This document shows, piece after piece, positions 30,622-45,031 of a stretch of 64,000 bases of DNA (within the stretch, counting starts at the first letter, position 1; each line of letters opens with the position of its first letter). The notes beneath the pieces were generated by a model. That model was not told where the DNA came from, did not search any database, and worked only from the letters and a program-made list of their open reading frames with translations. Position numbers and translations under genes: made by a program. This DNA is from Eledone cirrhosa (taxonomy: Eukaryota): assembly GCA_964016885.1 (NCBI GenBank), contig OZ024743.1:14074001-14138000 (forward strand), written 5' to 3'.

Positions 30622-30807
30622 TTGTTGCTACTTTAGGCACAAGGCCAGCAAATTACCCAGTTCATTACTGGTACTTTATTTTATCGACCCCGTAAGGATG
30701 AAAGGCAAAGTCAACCTCGGCGGGATTTGAACTCAGATCGTAAAGGGACGTAACTATGCTGGAAAGCATGGCGTCCGACCCTCTACCGATACTGCCAATC
30801 CACCGCC
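30622..30807 (-). mobile_element. tRNA-derived SINE copy
   Basis: Full reverse complement match to 10047-10232. Confidence 0.85.
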
Positions 30808-31164
30808 GTGGATATATATATATATATATTCTAAAGAGATTACGCATTAGTGATTTTCCTTAACACGAGAAATGAATTTTTCACACGTTGTCCACACGTC
30901 GCCAAACACATATTGCATAACTACAAGGCTCCGGACTGATTCCTTGTAATTTTATTTCCAACTAAAAATCTTTCGGATTTTCGCAGTTATCTCCCTTACA
31001 CCTCTCGCACGCAATCTAGTATTGCCTGTGTGAAGTGACCGGGTTTCTGCGCATGCACGTTCGTACGGTTCTCCTTCCTGTTCCTATAACCATGCCCATT
31101 ACAAGCTGAGGATCCGCTAAGGTGAAACAATTGTTCTCGGTATGGTGAACTGATGTGTAGCCAC

Positions 31165-31228
<64 letters not shown>

Positions 31229-32097
31229 GGGATATACACACACCGAGAGTTAGATACATACATTCATACCTACATACATACATATATGTCCGTGTGTGTA
31301 TGCGGGACTTTATGCTCACAGAATATTTAAATACGTTGTTGCTAATAATACATATACCCACTTTTAGAAACATATGAGTCGCTATACATGTGGTCGATTG
31401 ATTGTCTCTGTATAAATAAGTAGTATAAACAGTTTTGATAATTTTGGAGTGCACATCTTGTGTCATGTCAGAAAATAATATTCTGTAAACTCGCATATAT
31501 GTATAAGAAAAAGAAAACGGAAAAGTATATCTTAATATAAAAGAAACCAATTGTACAAACCTAACATGTCTATTCTTATTAATTAATTCCCAATTGTTCT
31601 TCTGAATTATATCAATCTTTATTAGTTGGGTGTATATAAATGAAAAACAAGTAGAAATGAGTAAACAAATGCTTGACCCATATTTGTTATACAATCTTTA
31701 ACAATTTCATTGATCTTTGTATATTTTCAAAGTGCTAGTTGTTGATTGATATTTCTGTTTCTTTACACTCGACAATAATGTTGACGCCATTTTGTCTGGT
31801 GGAGACCAATCTAGTTCCTTAATTGCTTATTGATTTGTTTATTTGTTTTTATTTTTTCTCGCTAGTTTTCGCTACATAACATACGTCATGTAGAAGAATA
31901 CATCGTGTGGTTTTCTTTTTGCTTCTTTGGATTATTTTCCGTTCACCAACATAGATGTAGGCAATTGTTTTGCAGAAGGAGTATTCTATAAAACACACAT
32001 ATTCACAATCTGCATTTTGACTGCCAATGATAATATGAATTGAGATTTATTTTAAACATTCTGACTCTCACAGGCTCGTTACCCATTATCTATCTAT

Positions 32098-32233
<136 letters not shown>

Positions 32234-32234
32234 T

Positions 32235-32274
<40 letters not shown>

Positions 32275-33517
32275 ATGATAAATTTAGGAAAAGACAATGA
32301 ACAAACCAAGACAAAATAAGAGGAACTTTAAAAAAATTGTTTTTGTAAATAAAAATACAAACGCATACACAGGCCTCCGGTGTCATAGGCCGTTGAGGTG
32401 GACTTTGATAGTTTCAACCCTTCTCAACAGTATTGCTGACCAGTGGAGTAATAGACGAAATACAAATCATTAATTTATTGCAACAAGTACACATAGAATT
32501 CGTGTGACTTCGGGAAAAAAAGTGTGATGCTTCCTAAAGCACGACAGTTTCGAAAATGGAAAAGTTAAGAAGAAAAGGAAAATAAAATAAAGCAAGGAAT
32601 AAAGGCATATCGGGTGGCCGCATCGCTATCCACAACCTGCGCCCTTTCTCAAACAGAACATCACTGTCGAGAATATATAGAAATGAATTCTTCGTGACTA
32701 GTACTGTTTCACTCATTTGTTTAACGCTTGATAATGTAGGAAAACGTATTTATGCTTCGGACACTAGTCCTTCATCAGACGATAGAATGACAATTAAAAT
32801 TTGAATTACGAAATTATATAGAGGATGCAACTGACATTTTTGTTTCTTACAAAAATGATTGTGTGCATTCAGTCAGCTATATATATTATCCGCCGAAATG
32901 CGATTCTCGCTGAATTTATATTTGTATTAATCTCCCGAATGTTACAATTAACTTGTTAATAATTCTATTGACAGATTAATTGCATAAGTTTATTTTAAAA
33001 ACTACCCGGTTGAGTGGTTATTCGATTTGTGCTATTTATGCAATTTTTTGCATGATATACACATACTGAATTCATTTGCAAAGATTTCTGTTTTTTTCCC
33101 CCTTGTGAATTACACATGTGCTTTTACGAAGCTCTATGTCATTCACAAACTTGGTACAGAGCAAAATACCTGTTGATAACGTGATATTCCTTGTTCGATC
33201 ATTATATCTGAAGCTTATAGTTTTAAGCAGACATTATTATTGATTTAGGTCTCATAGAAACCCTGTATTGGGATTTTACCATCAATTCCAATGGGTCCAG
33301 GTCTGTCTTTTTATCATTTATTTTGTTTTGAACTGTTTAGCTTGATTTGCTTTTTGGCATATGTGGTTAATGCTTTCTTGAACACTTTTTCAGTTTGTAT
33401 GGCGTTTTAACATATTCTTTAGCTCTGGTTTTTTAACTATGGAGCGCTTGCCAGCATAACTCTGAATTTTGCTTTTCGTTTCGCTTGTTCTACCCGCCGA
33501 AATGCAATTCTTGCTGA

Positions 33518-33587
<70 letters not shown>

Positions 33588-35249
33588 GGGGTGAGAGTTG
33601 GAGGGGGGGGTGTATGTGCGTGATTGTTGGTGTGCTTGTGTAAGTGTCTGTGATTATGTGCGTGTGTGTGTTAATATATGTAAATATATCATCTTATAAT
33701 GTTTTTTTATATGTATAAACATCATTGTGTACTGCACTAACTATATTCGACTGTGTTATTACAATATCATAATTCTAATATCGTTCAGACCTCATGAACT
33801 GTGGTAGACACTTATCAGTTCATTTTTATTTGTAGTATAAAGTTTAAATCACGTTTGTGTTTGTTGTATTATCCTAGCATTTTATTGTATTACTTTTTAC
33901 ATATTTTCTTTCGTTAATTTTCATTTCTTTCTTGAGTTATGTAGATGTTATTTAACAAACATCTACTTAATGGTTAGTAAATATATGACATATTTTCTTA
34001 TTAAAAGAAAATAGCAAAACTAATATAACCCCTGTCTCAACCCCAAATATTTACCACCACAGGCAATAGATGTTAATGACACCTGTTGTCCGATCTGATT
34101 CATTATCAGAATTGCCGGTTAGAGTAACCAGCTATAAGTTTCCTGTTTCTTCTATAATAATTATTGATACTTTTTAATGCAAGAAAAGTAGAGTAGAACG
34201 TATTGCTTTTCAACTGAAAAGTTTTAGTCCGAGATATATTGCAGTCTATTATTCAAGATGTTCCAACTAATCGTTGTATTCGAGTTTTAAGTGGAATCCA
34301 TTTAGTTCGAGTTTCTATATGACAGAGAAAGCAAAAGAGAGGAAAATGTATCCTATTGCTTTCTGATCTATGATATTATGACTATATTATTCCTACACAC
34401 TTGCACGCTCCCATATATACATGCATTCATATATACACACAACAATAAATAAATATATATATATATGGGGGGGGGGGGGTGAATGTGTGCCTGTGAGTGT
34501 GTGTGCGTGTGTGTGTGAATTCGTAGAAAACTGCATGCATTGTACACCATGTATGTTTCTCATTTTGTAATCCAAAACGTTTTTTGAACCAAAATAATAT
34601 AAAACATGTTTTCACGAACAGACATAATGCCGAAACGACCGTTTTTATGGTTATGTTGTGAATATAATTTAAAATTCAGAGTGATGACGTATTTGGACGA
34701 ACAGGATTAATGTAATGAAATACACGAAAGAAAATATGTGGGATCTATTCTCGTAGCTTTAGATGCAATAAATAATCACCCATTAAAATTGCACTATTCA
34801 ATACAAAAAATTAATCCTTGTCGTGGGGTTGTGGAAAAAGTGCTTTCTTTATTGGTGACACAGGCAACAATGTTAAACTGATTCAGAGATACAATAATCG
34901 TTATATGTGGTTTATGAAGTCCGTATCAACATCAAAATACGTACGTATCAGTGGTTTGTTTAACAGAACTCTCCATTCTGCGTATCGTTTGTTTAAAACA
35001 AATGTCCCTAGAAATGTTTCTGTCAACCTAGTCTTTGGTAGAGGATATTTTATCAATATTTTTGTGTTCGGGAATAAAGGTTTCTAACTGCACGGCTAAT
35101 GCCATTAGACACAGATTAGAGGTTTGTAGTAGTCCACATTTCAACTTTCATTTAATATCGACTTCAGAATAAATAATCAAATTAGTCAAAACACTAGACA
35201 GCTGGCCAATGTAGCAAACGTTCCCAATAACCACCGCAATAAGTCTTAA

Positions 35250-35350
35250 TTAATTGTTTCTACTTTCGGCACAAGGCCAGCAACTACCCAGTGCATTACT
35301 GGTACTTTATTTTATCGACCCCGTAAGGATGAAAGGCAAAGTTAACCTCG
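35250..35350 (-). mobile_element. 5'-truncated SINE copy with flanking direct repeat
   Basis: SINE core and 3' end, flanked by AATAAGTCTTAATTAAT at ~35238 and ~35358 (possible target-site duplication). Confidence 0.75.
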
Positions 35351-36287
35351 TTAACTAAATAAGTCTTAATTAATAATAGTAAAATAGACATAAATCTGAA
35401 TATATCATAGTTTGCGATATTTCAGTAAGGTAAGCTTATTTGTTATAATAGAATTAATGACAATTCTTTGTTAACATTTAATGTAGCTCTTCCAGTTATT
35501 TCATGCAGACAAGCTACGAGCAAAAACCTATATTTAAATGCCAGGGCGATGTTCATGTCAGTTTCGAACAACATGAGGTAATAAAAAAATATCCTGGTGT
35601 TCGAGAAAATAAGTGACATCGCTTAGCATCATAATAATACATCACGGCTTTCCCGGGGAAAATCTACGTGCAGTAGTCCAGCTTTCAACTAAAGTGGACA
35701 CTCATCTGTCATTCATTTAACTCGTAGGAATCTAAAATTTCTTATGATTCGAAACAATACATTAAGCAGCATTTAGCGATAATGTAACATGATTATTGAT
35801 CAAATACCACAGCGGCGAGAAATATTTAAATATCAATTTATCTCAACCTTTAAACGCTACATTACGTGACAAAATGGCTTCCTTAATTTCATTTTTTTTT
35901 TATCATGCGAGGAGAAAGATTAATTCTAGAGAAAAGTTATAAGATAGTAAAACGAATGATATTCTGGAAGGCTGTATTAGATAGTTGATAGATAGGAAAT
36001 TTAAGAGTTCGATAGTAGTAAAATTGACGGTTCGCTAGGAAAAATTTAGATTATGGGATGGATGGGAAAAGTGTGTAAGGGCAAAAGATTACCAAATTTA
36101 TTTGAAATTACTTAGCATTTTTGTTATTACTTGCTTAGAAGTTATACGTAATTTGGTGTATATATATATATATATATACATACATATATATATAAATGTA
36201 TGTGTGTGTGTGTGTGACTGAATGCGCACGGGATGTTTTTTCCCCACTCCTTCCTATTCTCACTCTCTATCTTTCTATTTTATCTTT

Positions 36288-36550
36288 TATTTCTTATTCT
36301 AACGTTTAATGAAGGCCTACTGCCCGAAACATAAAGATATATATTAAGCGTTAAACTAATATATTTCTCTATTGCAGTGTTGTTTACTTTGTTATTTCTG
36401 TTTAGGTTAGGCATATATATGTATGCATAACCTAAACTGATATAACAAAACAAACAACACTGCAATAGAGAAATATATTAGTTTAATGCTTAATATATGT
36501 CTTTATGATTCGTGCAGTAGGCTTTCATCAAAAGTTAGAATAAGAAATAA
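36288..36550. mobile_element. Old fold-back terminal-repeat insertion with decayed hammerheads
   Basis: Arms ~36288-36410 and ~36428-36550. TTAATGAAGGCCTACTGCCCGAAACATAAAG on one arm and TTGATGAAAGCCTACTGCACGAATCATAAAG on the other. Confidence 0.65.
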
Positions 36551-36561
36551 ATATATATATA

Positions 36562-36630
<69 letters not shown>

Positions 36631-37421
36631 TATTTTCCGTAGTGTTGTAATATAAATATTACACACAGTAGATGGACAGCTCACGTAGAGTTTGCTCGAC
36701 GGTTCCAGTTGTAGTTCCAAAAGTAATCCGGAGAAAAATAGAAGGATTTAAATGGATACAGTTTAGTTAAAAGGAATTTATTGACACGTGTTTCAATAAC
36801 AGCTACATAACCTGAAAACAGCTGCTATCTACAAAGTATTAGTTATGCAGACATTTAATATTTCAATGTTATTATCAACTGTCATTTCATCAGAATAATT
36901 TTACTGAGGACCTGTTTGGTTTTTATAGAGAATATTAGGAGGGAGGGGTGAAGTTGTTAGAAGAATAATTGAGGGAGTGGTTTTTTGATAGCAGTGAGAA
37001 TTGTTGGTGGCAGTGAGTAATTAGATTCCCATCTGTTGTTTTGACATTTTTATAGAATATATTATTGGTTATTTTTCTAAATCTATAGAAGGATTAGAGA
37101 TAGTGTAGGCATGCATGGTTGGTTTTGTGTTTGCACTTAATTAACATTCAGACTTAAATTTTTCTTTCAAGTGTACGTATCCTTTCGCCCACGCATTCAC
37201 ACACAAACATATATGCACACCTCTACAAAATACATATACTCACATACACATACTTACACGCTCATACTTACATACATATACACATGCACATATATATATA
37301 TACATATATATACATATATACATGTACATACATACGCATTCATGTGTATACATTTTCATACTCAACTTATCTTTATATACACACGTATAGACACACACAT
37401 ATATACATACATACTCCAGTC

Positions 37422-37469
<48 letters not shown>

Positions 37470-37473
<4 letters not shown>

Positions 37474-40400
37474 AAGTTATATTTAAAATTGTTGGGTTGC
37501 AACTAGTAAATATTTATAACTGATATAAAAGCACTCGACAAATATTTGGAGTATATTTACAATATTAAATAAATGGAAAACTATATTTATAAAACCATAT
37601 TTATTTCATTATATATATTTCGGGGATATCATATTAACAATATGCTATGCCTTCATCAGACAAAATACAATATAAACAGTTTTATAGATAAATAGATTCG
37701 ACATACCGTAATAAACATCGACTTCATTTGAAGAGGTTTACGCTAGCAGTGAACATTTTATACAGAGAGAAAGAAAGAGAGAAAAAAAAAAAGAAAGAAA
37801 GACAAAACGAAGAAAAGGAAGAAAAAGAAGAAAAAGAGAAAGAAGAAGAAGAAATGCATGGAACAAAATAGAGAGATGGAAAGATAGATAAAGCGAAGAG
37901 CTTCATGTAAAGAAACAGAAAGATATATATATATATAGAGAGAGAGAGAGGGAATAGAGATAGATACATATATATATAGAAAGTTAGGTAGTGGGAGGTC
38001 ATTTTGAGTAAGTGTATCAATGATACATTTATTTATTTATTTATTTATTTATTTAGCTCAAGTATTAATGTAAGGGAGATATATATATATAGAGAAAAAA
38101 ATATAGAGAGAGGAAAAAAATAGCGAGAGAAAAAATTTAAAAATAGCCAGACATATTCGAGGCGTAAAAAAACCTATGTTTAATGTATCAGTATTTATAA
38201 AACTTACACTATATTGTAAATATCAGTATTCCTGAATGAAACAAGTATCAATAATGTGTGAAAATTAATTATCTTATGTTTAGTTTTAAAAAATTCATAT
38301 GTTTATGTGACAGCTACAAACATCCATGCGAATCCAACTGATTCACTCTGCAAACTCTAAGTCACCGGAAAAACATTCTCAATGTGGTGTAAACATTTGA
38401 GCGTATTATTATTCCTGTCATTATTCTACAAGATTATCTATCAAGCAGAAATAGAGAGCAGATTTCAATATACTAATAAAAATATATATTGTATTATAAA
38501 CAAAACTAAAAATAAAAGATAACAATAATAATAATAAGTAAAAATATAGAATAGAAAAAATATTACGAAAGAATATTACATAATAACAATATTACATATT
38601 AAAAATATTACGTATTAAAAAATATTACGTATTAAAAATTTACATATTAAAGATATTAAAAATAATATTAAAGATATTAAAAATAAAATAAAAATAAAAA
38701 ATAAAAAAAAAATAAAAAATAAAAATAAAAAATAAACCACAAAGAACAACCCTTCAAAGTTAATTGACAATATATTGCCAAATTCATTACAAGACAAAGC
38801 CAAAAAATTATCTATCAAATCACATCTAGCAAAGAACATTTCAAAAAGATTATGATGTCCAATTAGGTTTACATATGTTCTTATATTTAATATAGAAGTT
38901 TATTTAGTGTAAGGTTAATTCAAAAAATTTGGAGCATCAGCTTTTAGGGTAGCTTAATTTTTCATGAGGAATGTTTAGATAAAAATAAAATAAAAATAAA
39001 CAATAAAAAGAGTAAAAAGAGGGAATCAAAGATTTAGGAATCAAAAAATTTTATCGGCTAGTTCCCGTATAAATATAAATCAAACTAAATATACTACATT
39101 TTAAATTTAAATTTATATTTAAACGTTGAGTTTAATCTATGTTTGCAACAACTGAATAAATTTGTCCGTAGGTTAAGGGAATTTTTAGATTTTAGTATAA
39201 AGAATATCTCCTCTGCGCAGAGGTCACATGTCTCAGAGGATGAATTAAAAGGAATCCCTCTTGAGACAATATTCCAAGCCGTCGAATATCTAACGTTATC
39301 TAGCTTAAGTTGCCAGAGTACGCCTGATAGTGCCGTTGAAGATTTTTTACTTGGATCTGTGAAAGAATTCTTGTGGTTATTATAGCGAAGTTTAAATTCC
39401 GTCGATGTGGAACCGACGTAGTTAAAAGAATTAGAGTCAGTATTAACATTACAATTGTATACTATATTTTTAACTAAGCAGTTGTTATTTAACGGACATT
39501 TAGATCTATCTCTACAGTTACATTTGTTAACTTGTATATTATTTATGCTATTATCAGTAGGTTTTAAGTTCCTATTATTTATTCTATTAATATTTTGTGC
39601 TAAATTTTTGGTGGATGAGTAGGTTAATTTAATTGTATGCCTATTGAAGATTGAGTGATACCTATGTGTTCTAGGGAAGCGATTATCAAGAGCTTTGAAA
39701 AATAATTTAGCGATGTGGGTTTTAATGTTTAGTGAGAAAGGGGGGGGCAAACCAAATTATGTTCCTAGTTCTATTTCTTTTTTGTCCTTTGGAATTATTG
39801 TAATGCTTTCTATTATAGTTGTTAATGTTGTTGCCGTAATTACAAAAGTTGTTACTTTGTTTAGTTTGTCTATCATTATCTATGTACACAATCTTATCAG
39901 CATATCCTGCCCTAGCTAGTGCATCATTATAGTATTGGGCCTTTTCGTCAAAAATCTTTCTATTCGACGAGATCCTAGAGATACGTTTTTGGACTGAGTT
40001 TACTATAGTGTTTTTGACAGATCTGGGGTGGTTAGAGTTAAAGTTGACATAGTTTAAGTTTTCATTCAACTTGTGAAAAGGATAGTGGAGACATGTGTTG
40101 AGATTTAATGTTATATCTAGGAAATTGACTATTCTATGGTTGTTCTCAATTTCTATTTTAAGGTTAAAGTAATTAAAAAATTTTGTAATTTGTTTACATT
40201 TTCTATTTAGTTCAGGGTTATTATTATTAATAAGTAAAAGCATGTCATCCCTATATAAACCCCCCGGTAGTACCAGGTATTTTCCTATGTAGCGAATTGA
40301 TTAAAAATAAGCCCACAAGGTCAGTTACCTGAGCTGAGTCGGAAAATCCCATAGTTATGTCAAAATTGCTATCTCTATCTGCTCTGGTCCATAATTTGTC

Positions 40401-40695
40401 ATTAAATTCTATCAAAGTTTTCCTAGCCGATAATACAATATGCATTTCTTTGCTAGTTAGGTCAGTATGTTTGAATGCGTAATTTAGTGCCTTATTTAGT
40501 AGACTAGGGGTAATAGAAGAATAATAGTTAGCTATATCAAGTTGAATAAACCTATTATTATTGTTATATTTAATTTGCCTAAACCACTCAACAACCTCTC
40601 CAGTTCCCTTCCACAAGCTCAGGTTAGATACACAATCCAAGTTCTTAATTTGCTGTATCACCCTGTCAAGAATGTTTTTGCTTAATTTGCCCTTA
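37470..40695 (-). mobile_element. Inner Hydra-like PLE (RT + GIY-YIG, frameshifted), nested in the 3' UTR of the outer element
   Basis: LDIANYYSSI, FDITMG, GLYRDD, VNFLDITLNL, SNHP, CNCRDRSKCPL (CxCx5C), YVGST..FKLRYNNHK, CDLC, CKH. Terminal repeat with hammerhead at 37602-37667 (-). Confidence 0.9.
39094..40690 (-). pseudogene. Disrupted Hydra-like PLE ORF
   Basis: Three ORF-track segments (40251-40775, 39722-40243, 39094-39750) joined by frameshifts at homopolymer runs. The N-terminus is missing. Confidence 0.88.
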
Positions 40696-42118
40696 ATTTT
40701 GCTTTTTTTGCTTATTTGTATATATATATATAAACACTTTAATACATGAATACACTTACATCTAACTATACACATCCAACATATATATATATTTACTTAT
40801 TTATATACATTTTCACATATATACATACATATGGTCGCTTTTAGACACATTCATTATAGCATATTCGCACCTATTCTCATCAGCATATCTTTCCATTATT
40901 AGTGTGTTAATTTAAGGTTATTAATATACATATATATGATGAGAAGAGATTGTTTTTATATTTTTCTAACTAGATTGAGGTTTATATAGTTGGGGGGATG
41001 TTCCTCTTTTATGTAATATTCAGCTTGTAGTGGGAAAAAAGGGTTTTAGTTCGGTGACGGCAGAATAATGTTCGTTCAATTCTGTTATTAAGCAATTTCT
41101 TCTTGTGTGTGATTATGTAATAAATCTCAAGATTACACAATTTGCAGAAATTTTGGCTCCTGGAAAAGCTTTGGGTTTTAGCTAATTTCTCCCATATTAG
41201 GGTAAACTTTTGATCGCTATCCCTCAGCGTCCAAGCTTTTTCTGCTAAAGTTGTTACATTTCTTTGGCTCTGGTGTTTTATTGAGTAAGAATGCCTATAT
41301 AATCGAGATTTAAACGATGTTGCCGTTGATCCCACGTAATACCACTCGTTGCCTCCGGATTTAATGGTACACTTATAAATGATATTTTTTTCCAGGCAGT
41401 TATTGCCGATGGGGAAGTTGTTAGGATAGGTGCAGTTACAATTGTGTACGTTGGGTTTTCTCTGGAGTAGTTATGCGGACGAACTTAGGTGTGGTTTATT
41501 TATGTTCTGTAGTATATTGTCTACTGTTTTTTTGTGTTCTTTGTACTTAAGTTTTTAGTGTTTTCGTTTAACCTTCTAGTATTGATCGTTTTTATGTGTT
41601 GTTCAAGGTTTAACGCTGTCGGGTATGACAGTTTTATAGTGGTAGGGTTTAGGATTTTGTGGTATTTGTGTGACGTAGGAAAATGTCTCTTAATTAAGTG
41701 CAAACACAAAACCAACCATGCATATCTATACTATCTCTAATCCTTCTATAGATTTAGAAAAATAACCAATAATATATTCTATAAAAATGTCATAACAACA
41801 GATGGGAATGTAATTAATCACTGCCACCAAAAATTCTCACTGCTATCAAAAACCACTCCCTCAACTATTCTTCTAACAACTTCACCCCTCCCTCCTAATA
41901 TTCTCTATAAAAACCAAACAGGTCCTCAGTAAAATTATTCTGATGAAATGACAGTTGATAATAACATTGAAATATTGAATGTCTGCATAACTAATACTTT
42001 GTAGATAGCAGCTGTTTTCAGGTTATGTAGCTGTTATTGAAACACGTGTCAATAAATTCCTTTTAACTAAACTGTATCCATTTAAATCCTTTTATATATA
42101 TATATATATATATATATA

Positions 42119-42739
<621 letters not shown>

Positions 42740-42810
42740 ATGTATGTATATACATACTAGTGTACGTCTGTATACATATATATATGTACGTATACATACT
42801 TATATGTATA

Positions 42811-42841
<31 letters not shown>

Positions 42842-42901
42842 CGTGTGTGCGTGTGTGTGTGTGTGGAAGGAGAGAGAGAGAGAGGGAGAGAGAGAGAGAG
42901 T

Positions 42902-42933
<32 letters not shown>

Positions 42934-43674
42934 TATGCATGTGTGTGAATAATAAAGATAGAAAGATATAGGAAAGTAAGAAAGAAATGGATTGTATTTC
43001 TGTTTACGGGAGGAACACGGACCTGAGTTTATTATACATTCTGAGGTTGTGGGAGTCAGAATATATCATAGATATGAGAGATATTTACAATTGGATGTAA
43101 TCATTGTTTACTTTGAGTAAATATGAGCTTACACTGAAGCAACCACTTACAGTGTCGATCATTATTGGCTGAGCAACAGGAGTTTACTGGCATATGCATG
43201 TAAGGCGACACATTCAGACTCCGCGGTGTGACCGTAAAGGATACGCAAAGCATCTCTTAAGAAGAACTATGTAATTGCATGATGAGATAGAGGAGGAAAA
43301 TCGATTCTAGACGCTACGTCGATAGCAATCTCAATAAGAGATGTAAATATTGTGATGGTAGTACTCATGGCCATTACTTAAAAGAAGTTACGATGCTTTA
43401 TATGTTTCCCATAATGAAAACTTATTACGAAATGAATATATAATGTAGACTATAATAATTAATCTTATTGTGGTATATATTTATGTGTAAATTCACCTAT
43501 TTTGACTAATTGTCAGCTATTTGATCAGCTATAAAATACATTGATCTAACAGGGAACGAAAAAAATGTAGCAATTGTCTCATCGGTAACATCGATCAACA
43601 GAGATGCTTCTAGCTATGGTAATCAATGTCATATAATCATTACTAAAAATGTACGATCCTTAGGAGAAAAGACT

Positions 43675-43735
<61 letters not shown>

Positions 43736-43744
43736 ATATATATG

Positions 43745-43952
43745 AAAAGAGTCAGGACCCCGACGGGTGAGCTCAGGCCGTTTCGACAGCTAGATCCGAA
43801 CTGTTCCGATATGTTTGAATCTAGCTGTTGAAAAGGCCGTAGCTCACCCGTCGGAGTTCTGACTATTTTCCTATTACCCAATCTACTACCCTAAATATCG
43901 AGTATTCTAGTGTGTTGTGGTCTACCTAGTTTCTTACCACACCTACTTTGTT
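43745..43952 (+). mobile_element. Mini fold-back with half hammerhead (stem II + GAAA-CGGCCG-TA) and ~80 nt tail
   Basis: Arms ~43745-43800 and ~43815-43870. Same family as 7240-7385. Confidence 0.7.
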
Positions 43953-43969
43953 ATATATATATATATATA

Positions 43970-44027
<58 letters not shown>

Positions 44028-44484
44028 TGTGTGTGTGTGTGTGTGTATGTGTGTGTGTGAAAATACTGAGAAAGAGAAAATGGGTATTATGAACAATGCA
44101 TTACTATGGAAATGATGTGGATGTAATTCTTCTAATAGCAGTAAAATCAGTAATTGACGACATATAACTTTAAAGATGTCAGTAGTAAAGCACGTAACAA
44201 TGGCCCCGATATCAATAATAGCAAAGTTTTTCTTTGTAAAATAAATACATCTGAAACTTTCTTACTTTGTCTCTCTCTCTCTCACTCTTTCTCTCTCCCC
44301 GTCACTTTCTCTCTCTCTCTCTCTCTATCTCTATCTCTTTCAACGTGACTATGTATATATAAATATATATAAATATATATACATATGTGTGTTTGCTTTG
44401 TACATTACTTTGTTTTTTATGTTTACTTTTTACATACACGCACGCACCCATACACAAAACGGATGTATATACATACATACGTAC

Positions 44485-44543
<59 letters not shown>

Positions 44544-44578
44544 CATATGTATATATATATATGTATATATATACATAG

Positions 44579-44618
<40 letters not shown>

Positions 44619-45031
44619 ATACTTTGGGAGGGTCATGTTGCCAATAAGAAACACACGCACCAGCTGTTCACTTCAATTTATTATATATTTATACATTTCT
44701 GGTTGGTTGGTTGGTTCCACAACCAGATAGTTGTTTATATATAGTCATAGTTCTTTCGTCACACACTACGTGACCTCTTCAGTGACTGGGGATTCCTTTC
44801 TTTGTTTCTGTGCCTCTCCTTTGTCCTGTCCAAGGCCATTTTGTTTCTGTGTGTGTGTTGTGTGCTCAGTCTGCGCATGCGCCACATCCGGGTGTCTGTG
44901 TGTGTTTATGTTCATTTATCTATTTGTTTATTTACATGTTACTGGTTGGTTGTTTGTTCTATGTGTGTGTGTGTTTTCATTTTGTCCTTAATTGTAAGTT
45001 GTGATGTTGCTGTTCCACTCATATTTTCGAT

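Larger units (their letters stand above)
36628..42092 (-). mobile_element. Outer 5'-truncated Hydra-like PLE (endonuclease remnant 41009-41700) with inverted terminal repeats, interrupted by a second PLE
   Basis: ~36745-37140 is the reverse complement of ~41692-42092, with a ~115 nt tail on the left. Motifs HFPTSHKYHKILN, CNC, YVGSTATSFKSRLYRH, CKLCNLE, CRH. Hammerhead-like motifs at 36853-36896 (-) and 41937-41980 (+). Confidence 0.8.

Noticed and set aside
34818-35087. 89 aa ORF, or its antisense frame, as a host exon (similarly 21323-21691)
   Set aside because: No recognisable domain; for 34818-35087 the antisense frame also has several stops.
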